Below are positions 5,967-14,146 of a stretch of 20,092 nt of DNA, piece by piece. A program made the translations under genes and the position numbers. The notes beneath the pieces were generated by a model. The model was not told where the DNA came from. It saw nothing but the letters and a program-made list of their open reading frames with translations, and ran no database searches. Position 1 is the stretch's first letter, and the number at the start of each line of letters is the position of its first letter. The stretch covers positions 62,001 through 82,092 of the forward strand of contig JBNGIO010006345.1 in assembly GCA_049999805.1 (NCBI GenBank), in the 5' to 3' direction. Source of the stretch: Folioceros fuciformis. Taxonomy: Eukaryota.

Positions 5967-8900
5967 TCACCCTTGCTTGAAGACACGGGGGATCATCTTG
6001 TCCCCGACCAGAAACCTATGCACCACGCCGTCCGTGTCTGTCCACCAGCTCTGGCCCGGCTGCTTCCATGCCCCGATGCTTATTCTCTTTGCCTGCAACT
6101 CCTGTGCCTCCTCCCACATCTCAGCGCCTGTGTAGATATTGGACATCAACACGTGTGCTGCAGCGTCCTTCTCTTGTAGCTTCAGTGCTTGGTCGAAAGC
6201 AAACCGTCCGATCTCCACATTGCTCCAGTTTTGACAAGCACCGAGCAGAGTATGCCATACGATGGCAGCATCAGGCAGTGCAGGCATCGTGCTTACCAAA
6301 GTCACGGCCTCATCCAGTCGGCCTGCCCGCCCCAGGAGATCCACCATGCACGCATAGTGCTGCACTGTGGGGCTGATGCCGTGCTGCCTGCTCATGGCCT
6401 CGAAGATCTCTTGCCCCTTGCTCACCTGACCTGTATGACTGCAGACTGTTAGGGCAGCAAGGAAGGTAATCCCGTCTGGCTGTGTACCATCGTCGCGCAT
6501 TCTGGTCACCATTTCAAATACCGCTGCACTGTCACCTTGGTGGCTGTATCCTGCAATCAACGCATTCCAGGTCACAACATCCCGTTCAGCCAAGGCTTCA
6601 AACGCTTGACGTGCGTCAATCATGCTTCCAGACTTCCCGTACATGTTTATCAGACTCCCGGCTACAAAAATATCAGCCTGAAGCCCTTGTTCTACGATCT
6701 GTGCGTGTAGCTCTCTTCCCAGATGCAGAGCGGCCACATTTGCACATGCCTGCAGGAGGCACGCAAATGTCACGGCATTGGGTACAGCAATGCCTTCAGC
6801 TTCCATAGCCGTGTACAGGTGAAGGGCTTCCTCATCCATGCCTTGCTGGGAGAACCCTGCTATCATGGCAGTCCATGTCACCACATCTTTGTGGTCAAGT
6901 CCGTCAAACAGCGTCTGAGCATCGTCCAAGCTGCCACACTTGGCATACATGTTCACCAAACTGTTGGCTACCAATACATCAGATTGGTATCCTTGGTCTC
7001 TGATTTGTGAGTGAAGTCGGGTTCCCATCTCTAAGGCTGGGGTGCCCACACTTGCACAAGCCTGCAGGACACACACAAATGTCACGGAATCAGGAACAGC
7101 TGTGCCTTCTTCTTGCATAGCCGTGTAGATTTGAAGGGCTTCCTGGCCCCTGCCCTGCTGGGAATAACCTGCTATCATGGCATTCCAGGTCACCACATCT
7201 TTCTGAACGAGTGCGCTAAACACGCTCCGAGCATCATCTAGGCTGCCGCACTTTGTATACATGTTGACCAAGCTGTTGGTTACGAACACATCTGCTTGAT
7301 GTCCTCCCTCTTTGATTTCTGCATGAAGCTCCTTTCCCTTCTCCAAAGCAGGGGTGCCTACACTAGCACATGCCTGAAGGAGGCACACAAACGTCACACA
7401 GTCTGGTACAACCATGCCTTCCTCTTGCATAGTATTGTAAAGGCGAAGGGCTTGGTGGCCCATGCCATTCTGGGAGTATCCCGCGATGAGTGCAGTCCAC
7501 GTTACCACATCCTTGTGAGCAAGTCCGTCAAACACACTTCGAGCGTCTTCTAAGCTGCCACATTTGGCATACATGTTAACCAAACTGTTGGCTACATACA
7601 CATCAGTTTGCTGTCCTTCTTGTCTAATTCGTGCATGCAGCTGCTTCCCCTCTTCCAACGCTGGGATTCCCACACTGGCACATGCTTGCAGCAGGCACAC
7701 AAACATCATGGAATTGGACACAACGATGCCTTCATCTTCCATAGCACCGGAAAGACGAAGTGCTTCGTGGCCCATGCCCTGCCGAGAAAGCCCTGCTATC
7801 ATGGTAGTCCATGTCACCACGTCTTTATGGGCAAGCCCCTCAAACACTGTTTGAGCCTCTTTCAGGCTGCCACACTTTGCATACATGTTCACCAAACTGT
7901 TGGCTACAAACACATCAGTTTCATATGCTCGTCCTCTGATTTGTGTGTGAAGCTGCTTCCCCGTCTCCAAAGCTGAGGAGCCCACACTTGCACATGCCTG
8001 CAGGAGGCACACAAACGTCACAGAATCGGGCACGGCGATGCCCTCTTCTCGCATAGCCCTGTAGAGACGAATAGCTTCCTGCCCCATGCCCTGCTGCGCA
8101 TACCCTGCAACCAGAGACGTCCAGGTAACCACGTCCTTCACCACCAGTCCGTCAAACACTCTCCGAGCATCTTCCAAGCTCCCACACTTGGCGTACATGT
8201 CCACCAAGCAATTCCACACGAACAAATCGGGCTCAACCCCACTGGTCAACACATCAGCATGCAGCTCCTGGGCAGCTTTCAAATCCCCTGCCTTGGCACA
8301 AGCCTGAAGAGCTGCCACAAACACATGACCATCTGGCTTCACACTCGACCTGCGCATGCGATGATACAGTTGCACGGCTTGCTTATCTTGCCCGTGCTTA
8401 ACATGTGCAGAAATTATGGATGACCACATGAAAGCATCAGGTTCGGCAACCACGGTGAACACATCCATCGCGTCCTGCAACCTGCCGTGAGAAGCATACA
8501 TCCGCAGGATATGGTTGCACAGGAACGTGTCCGAGTCATACACCCCTTTCACCATGAAAGCATGTACGCGTCGACCCCCAACAAGATCCTTCTGCAACAC
8601 GCATTTCTTCAGGACCGTATAAAAGACAGACCTGGCAACACCACATTCTGCCTGCACCAGAACTCCCAGAGCCTCAACAGCCTCAGCCAGATGGCCTTGC
8701 TGACAAAGACTGTTCACGGTGTCAGCCGTGACAACCCTTTCCAATTCGAGTCCTGCAGGCCTGCCAGCCTCAGCAGCATCCGGCAAGCCGTCCTGGCATT
8801 CACCCTTGAATTGTCGAGACAGGAGACCCTGACTGGAAAATCGTTTTCCATCTCCAGCTGCCTGTCTTGCAAAGCTTTTGCATGTTACAGATCCTTTGAT

Positions 8901-9110
8901 TGCCAGAGCTTGCTTCCATATGGTCAGTCGTTCAGGATCGGGGGCGTTCGCAGAAATAGCCGTGAAGCAGCCATTTTGCTGGGTCCTCCAAGAATTCGCC
9001 CACAACGGGTCTTGTTGCCTTGTGTGCGGCTCAATTGTAGGACTCCACACAGCCATGGCTGTGAGAGAGCCGACGTTTGCTGCCGTGGTGCTCGTGGCAT
9101 CACAGTGCAT
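5967..9110 (-). CDS. PLS-class pentatricopeptide repeat protein (about 24 motifs, P2-L2-S2-E1-E2, WW-type PG box, DYW domain absent); putative organellar RNA-editing specificity factor; intronless
   Basis: 1047-aa ORF with repeated VVTWT.MIAGY (P), TFVCLLQACA (L) and NSLVNMYAKCGSL.DA..VF (S) motifs, then ITFLAALTVCSH, HYACMVDLLGRAGRLDEA, E1/E2 and KQPGQSWWTD. A non-repeat N-terminal extension of about 125 aa may hold a targeting peptide. An alternative start in a stronger context is at about 9056. Confidence 0.96.
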   Translation of the reverse strand: MHCDATSTTAANVGSLTAMAVWSPTIEPHTRQQDPLWANSWRTQQNGCFTAISANAPDPERLTIWKQALAIKGSVTCKSFARQAAGDGKRFSSQGLLSRQFKGECQDGLPDAAEAGRPAGLELERVVTADTVNSLCQQGHLAEAVEALGVLVQAECGVARSVFYTVLKKCVLQKDLVGGRRVHAFMVKGVYDSDTFLCNHILRMYASHGRLQDAMDVFTVVAEPDAFMWSSIISAHVKHGQDKQAVQLYHRMRRSSVKPDGHVFVAALQACAKAGDLKAAQELHADVLTSGVEPDLFVWNCLVDMYAKCGSLEDARRVFDGLVVKDVVTWTSLVAGYAQQGMGQEAIRLYRAMREEGIAVPDSVTFVCLLQACASVGSSALETGKQLHTQIRGRAYETDVFVANSLVNMYAKCGSLKEAQTVFEGLAHKDVVTWTTMIAGLSRQGMGHEALRLSGAMEDEGIVVSNSMMFVCLLQACASVGIPALEEGKQLHARIRQEGQQTDVYVANSLVNMYAKCGSLEDARSVFDGLAHKDVVTWTALIAGYSQNGMGHQALRLYNTMQEEGMVVPDCVTFVCLLQACASVGTPALEKGKELHAEIKEGGHQADVFVTNSLVNMYTKCGSLDDARSVFSALVQKDVVTWNAMIAGYSQQGRGQEALQIYTAMQEEGTAVPDSVTFVCVLQACASVGTPALEMGTRLHSQIRDQGYQSDVLVANSLVNMYAKCGSLDDAQTLFDGLDHKDVVTWTAMIAGFSQQGMDEEALHLYTAMEAEGIAVPNAVTFACLLQACANVAALHLGRELHAQIVEQGLQADIFVAGSLINMYGKSGSMIDARQAFEALAERDVVTWNALIAGYSHQGDSAAVFEMVTRMRDDGTQPDGITFLAALTVCSHTGQVSKGQEIFEAMSRQHGISPTVQHYACMVDLLGRAGRLDEAVTLVSTMPALPDAAIVWHTLLGACQNWSNVEIGRFAFDQALKLQEKDAAAHVLMSNIYTGAEMWEEAQELQAKRISIGAWKQPGQSWWTDTDGVVHRFLVGDKMIPRVFKQG

Positions 9111-9794
9111 TAGGTTGAAATCCAGTGTGATGCTCCTCTTCGATGACCCATCTCCCTGTCATCATCGATACCAGTCCTTGGCGTTTGTGGGTATGACCAC
9201 TTGGAACACCGTGAATCCCACTGGAGATGACGCTCTCTGCGTGCAGATTCCATGAAGTCACGCACGCCCGTATGTCTTGCGCTTCGTGCTGTAGCCACTG
9301 CACAACAATCACGGAGTTGAACGTTACAAGTTGCTGCATTCCTTGATCAGGAGGCACGGGCTAACTGAATTCGGTGATCAGAAGAAACGGGTTGTCTTTG
9401 CAGATAATTTCTTCTGACTGTTGGTCGACATGTCTTATCTGGGAGAGTGATTCCGGGGGCTCGAAGGAACCATATCAAAGCAAGACAAAGAAGCAGCTTT
9501 GCACTGGTGCGTTGACAACACTAGAGCAGATAGGCTCCCCAACGTCCGCTGAAGGTGTTCGAGAGGGCTTTGCTGCCGCTAGTCTGAAAGATGGATCAGC
9601 CTTGGCTTTTGTTGCTCCAGGATTTGCCGGAGGGATTAAATGGGTGCTCCATACTTTGGAGTTCGGAGTTCTCTAACACAACCACTACAAGAAGCATTCA
9701 GCTCAATCAAGCTTTTAACTAATGTATGTGGTTTCAAGTGACACGCGGGTCCCCACTCTGGAAAAGAACGCGATGACGTCGTTGAACTGGAGCT

Positions 9795-10769
9795 TTACGG
9801 GCTGTCCTGAACAATACCCTTGGCCTGCCAAGAGCCGTCGAAGCCGCACTGCCAGAGCTTGACATGACCATCCGCCCCAGATGTTGCAAGAGTCATGCCA
9901 GCCATATCCCAGGCTGCTTCCCAGACCTCGCCATCGTGTTCGCACAGCTGGGCCACCCTCTGAACTGAAAGCTTGCTACCATGCTCCTGCGGGAAGGAGA
10001 GCTGCCAGATAGCCACCGTCGCCCTGCTGGCCACGGCCACAAGGTCGTAAGGCCGGCCCATGTTGGGCGCCCATGACACACATGTAACGGCTTCCGGGGC
10101 TTCGTCTGCTTCCACCAGCTCGGCGATCGGATGCCACCGCTGCTGCACCTCCAGGAACTCCCAAACCTTGGCCGAACAGTAGACGAGATTGTCAGTTTCA
10201 TACCCGACCACAAACACAGGCTGCTGGGCCAGGCCAGACGAAGGCCGCCACGAAATGGACGACGCGGAGCAGTCGAGCTTATCCAGCCCCTCCGTGGCGC
10301 TGCACACGTTGGGGAAATCCGCCTGCAGCTCCCACTGCTTCAGGCACAGCGCATCCGTGGTCTCGTACACCTTGACGTGGCCGTCCACTGCGGCTGCAAC
10401 CAGCTTGAGCCCCGACAGGCAATTGCCGAATTGCAAATCCAGAACCGCCGGAAACCCCTCCTGCACGCAAGCGCATGGTGTCCACACGTCCCCATCGTCT
10501 CCGTCGCTGGTTTCCTCCCACACACGGATGCTGCCGGCTGTGCAGCAAGAGGCTACCACGTTCCCGCAAGTGGGAGGAGCCCACACCACCTTCACAATGC
10601 TGGCTTCATGCGCCTGCCATTCTCCGCTGCACACTAATCCGCTGTGCTCTTGATCCCAAACCTGAATCCTGCCGCTGTCAAATGCCACAGCCAGCCTCTC
10701 GCCGCCCTGATTCCACGACGCCTGCACAGCACCCGGCGGCAACTTGGCTGCCACGCTGTTTCCCGCCAT
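9795..10769 (-). CDS. SEH1: Nucleoporin SEH1 (WD40 repeat protein), single exon
   Basis: 324-aa WD40 ORF with SEH1 hallmarks: AH..SIVKVVWAPP..G..VAS, WELQADF, AKVWEF.E..QRW, VSWAPNMGRPYDLVAVA, HDGEVW...WDMAGMTLATSG.DG.VKLW. Confidence 0.93.
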   Translation of the reverse strand: MAGNSVAAKLPPGAVQASWNQGGERLAVAFDSGRIQVWDQEHSGLVCSGEWQAHEASIVKVVWAPPTCGNVVASCCTAGSIRVWEETSDGDDGDVWTPCACVQEGFPAVLDLQFGNCLSGLKLVAAAVDGHVKVYETTDALCLKQWELQADFPNVCSATEGLDKLDCSASSISWRPSSGLAQQPVFVVGYETDNLVYCSAKVWEFLEVQQRWHPIAELVEADEAPEAVTCVSWAPNMGRPYDLVAVASRATVAIWQLSFPQEHGSKLSVQRVAQLCEHDGEVWEAAWDMAGMTLATSGADGHVKLWQCGFDGSWQAKGIVQDSP

Positions 10770-10832
10770 AGCGGGTGCCCCAACTGGTCACTCTTCCCCG
10801 TTCATCACTTCTTCGCGCCTAAACCCAGCACT

Positions 10833-10919
10833 AAACCCTAACTAAGGCTTCCACACCCGTCAGCAAGCTGGAAAGGACGCCTGAACCCGTCCCACGCTTT
10901 CCGCCACAGTCAAGGCCCA
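10833..10919. promoter_or_regulatory. Telo-box (AAACCCTAA, 10833-10841) plus site II motif (GGCCCA/TGGGCC, 10914-10919) upstream of SEH1
   Basis: Both motifs lie 64-150 nt upstream of the SEH1 ATG, with site II distal and telo-box proximal, the known arrangement in plant growth and housekeeping promoters. Confidence 0.55.
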
Positions 10920-12324
10920 AAGTTCTTACTTCGGAAAGAAGAAATCAGACTGTGGCATTCGACAAGCTCTTCTCACCGTCCTGATATCCCTAAGCTCATT
11001 CTGGGCTTGAAGATGACCGGACTGGTCTTACGCAATCTGGAAGGGAGGTGCGAGCGACTGCCTGAGGAATAAGCAAGCTGCTTGGTCGAATGCAATCAGC
11101 CTATCCATCAGTTACTGTGGAAAGAGCTAGATTTGCATATCGTGGGCGTCCACATTTTGAACCTGTCCTGGAAACTTGTAGTGATGGTGGAGCACTGGAC
11201 GCTTGTCCTTCAGTCTGGGCACATATGGCGCATCCATCCCTCTGACCGCCCTGGACGAGGCTGTGAGGAGAAGCCTGAGCACATGGAATCGGGCTCAGCC
11301 GGGGATCTCACGGGTTCGTCAATGTATGACAAAGCGGCAATCCAAGCTACTCCATACACAGATAGAGCGAAAAAGAAAATGTAGATATCCCGGAGAAGGA
11401 CAAACGAATCGCTAGTTCACAAAGCAATTAATCCACGTCTCAACTAAGGCATGCTATTGGCACACTCTGTTCACGGCAGAAAAATAACTGCCATTCCCCT
11501 CGCAATTCCAGGGGGCTGAAAATTCTCCGTCAATAGCTGGTATCGATTCCACACTGGTTCGTGGCTCCCTCCGATTAGTACATTCTGTGCTTCCGCACGC
11601 TAGAGGGCAAGGTTGGAAAAAAAATGTCAGATTCGAAGGTTCTATTTGCTTCGACATGGAGACAGAACTGTTTGGAAGGATGAGGACGCCACACCTGAAG
11701 CTTGGACTCCCCCTTTCCACTCTCAACTCGAGATAGAAGGGATCCTTGCACTTCTTGTTTCACTCTCAAATCGAAATTGACGGACCCCTCGCCGACTGCA
11801 GCCGATGGCTCCAACACTGCGCTGACTCCCTCAACTACTAAGCCTGTCGAGGCTTCCTAGCCTTCCAGGTGGCTGGCTGTCTCACTTTTGAGGGGTGGCA
11901 TCAGACTTCTAGTCCTTGTCATCTTCTATTGCATCCTTTTCCTGGAGTCAGTTGAAGCATGCTAATTTGTGGCACATACCTCAACAAAATGAGCACACAA
12001 ACACTTCGGTATGCAGACCCAAGAGCCAGGTTCGATGATGCTGGGTAATCTGCAAGCATCACCTCACAACTTACTTTGCAACCACAAAACAAGGCAATAA
12101 TCGTAAATCCCACAGATGAACATCGAACCAAATACATCTGCTCCACAACTTGAGAGCTTGCAGAGAAACTGACAGAAGTAATTTGTTGCTCGGTGAGTAA
12201 GTATGGCAGGATAAAGTCACCTACACTCAAAGCCGGAAAACATCAGCAGGTCCGACATGGATGCAGACTTCATCTCACTGTAGCAAGGGCCCGAAGAAGT
12301 CCACGACAGGACTGTAGAATGAAG

Positions 12325-13585
12325 CTAGTATATTGCTCCCTCTGACAGAGTACAGAAAATATCAAGTTCAGTTGCTCCGTAACAGTGGGTAAAAAAGGAG
12401 AGAAAGAACAGGGAAGTAAAATGAGCACTAACCATCATCTCCGCCGTCATCCATGTCCAAATTGTAGTCATCATCATCATCAAACCCATGTACCTGCAAT
12501 GGTCGGAATAGTTGCATCAGCATCTTGCATGCAAGGCAGATTGTTATATGTGTTCCGACAATGTCGAAGGTGATGTACCTGTGCATAGTCATCGTCTTCA
12601 TTATCGTCTTCCTCATCTTGAACTTCTTCATCATCCCCTTCTTCTCCTTCTTCACCCTCCTTTTTCTTCTTCTCTCCAGGTTCCTTGCCTTCCTGTACAC
12701 CCCGATCAATCAGCACCTGCACACATATGCTGCACTAGCGATCCGTGCCCAGACGAGCAACTTCTCCGCTATGCTGCAAGCACCTAGAGGAAGGCAACTC
12801 ACATCATCTTGCGTTTTGGCCTTCTCCTCCAGTGACAGAAGCTGATCAAATCGATCTACAGTCACCAACAAGCACAATAAATAATGAACCGAGAGGTCCC
12901 TCAGATAAAATGCAGAAGCTTCCTCAACACAGTTCTCATCTCACCAGTCTTGCCACTGTGCACCTCAGGGTCCAATAGCCACTGAGAAGTTGCCACGGCC
13001 TTCGCGCTTTGCGTTCGTCTACGATCTGCAAGCCAGCGAGTTAGTGAAGCATAACGCACACAGACACAGTAGCCAATAACCAAGCCTCAACCACCACAAA
13101 AAGCTACAAACCTTGCCCTAACAGCTCAGCCGGGAAGAAGGCAGGAACCAGCTTCAAGAAGGTACTCAGAGGTGCCCGCTTCTGTTTCAGCTCAGGCTTG
13201 TATCGATCAGAGTAGCGCAGAATGTCAGCCACCACATCGGACTTCGGCTCCTCGATGTAGTAAGGGGATGCATTCCACGCAGCCTCCAAAGCCCTTTTCT
13301 TCACCACGATGTACGTCTCCCTTTCACTCAATTTTTTAGAGTCAGGAGCCTCCGGCAATTTCTGCGGCTACACCGACCACCAAAACACCCTAAGCATCAA
13401 CACCAAACAGAGCTGCCCCTGGAACACAAAGCCGTCCAACTTACTGGAAACAGTGGAGGCGGTCCTTCCAATTTTTCTGCAATCATGATGCTCCCGGATT
13501 CATCTCTGGCGACGGGCAGACCAATCCCTCGAGCACCAAAACGACCCCTCCCTCTGCCTCCGCCCCGACCGCCCCGGAAAGCCAT
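12325..13585 (-). CDS. RPC31: DNA-directed RNA polymerase III subunit RPC31/C31 (POLR3G-like); exons approx. 13585-13445, 13367(or 13361)-13112, 13025-12945, 12855-12803, 12692(or 12716)-12579, 12493-12433, 12341-12325
   Basis: RGG-rich N-terminus, PPPLFP, SPYY, ILRYSDRY, FFPAEL, and an acidic tail DDY..FDDDDDY..DDGGDDEGAIY*. All introns are GT-AG with consistent phases. Confidence 0.9.
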
Positions 13586-14146
13586 CGCTGCTCCTGGAGA
13601 CTCTCGATTCCAGCTGACGCTGCTCTGATCGGCTAACTGTCTCCTAAGGTACGCATCACATCCAAGCCCCGGTTTACGTCTGCATAGAGCTTAGAGTTCA
13701 CAGGGAAGCACAGGCCCATGGCGCATGTGGCGCATATATACATATATAGAAGTCTGATTTTGTCTAGAGGTGGTGGGTCCCTAGAGCTAGAGAGTGTCGG
13801 TCGTAAGAAGTTCCCAAATTGACTCGTACAAAGCACATGTACTGTTTGTGTGTAGTGTACATGGATAATAAAAGAGCAAAGGCCAAGCACATCAAGAAAA
13901 CTTCAAGAGTCGGGTAGGTAGATACCCACAGAGATAGCAATGACGCGAAGAGGAAGCTGGGAGGAAGGGACCGGAGGTGAGAGTTTCACTTGATTGTGCA
14001 ACATGCTGAAGCTGTAGAAGGCTGCCAACGATACGACAGCCTTTGTCCTGGCAAGGCTGTCAAAGACAGCCTTTGCCTGGACACATGGTGCAGTGGAAAG
14101 CCGAGACTTGAAGGAAGTGCAAGACGTCTCAGTCTCGCATTCTGCC

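Larger units (their letters stand above)
4066..6287. repeat. Right arm of the large inverted duplication (extent beyond 6287 not testable in this window)
   Basis: Reverse complement of 1-2603 apart from indels. 4077-4818 is identical to 1851-2592 by line-by-line comparison. Confidence 0.97.

Noticed and set aside
1-6287. Arms as terminal inverted repeats of a transposon (Mutator/Foldback)
   Set aside because: The arms consist of host genes, the spacer has no transposase-like ORF, and the outer ends or TSDs cannot be seen in this window.
6068-9255. Multiple + strand ORFs overlapping the PPR gene
   Set aside because: Antisense shadows of a long repetitive CDS.
11082-12230. Short ORFs between SEH1 and RPC31
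   Set aside because: No recognisable domains or coherent spliced model; likely intergenic or UTR sequence.
12525-12845. 106-aa hydrophobic + strand ORF resembling a membrane protein
   Set aside because: It is the antisense reading of the Glu/Asp/Lys-rich RPC31 exon.
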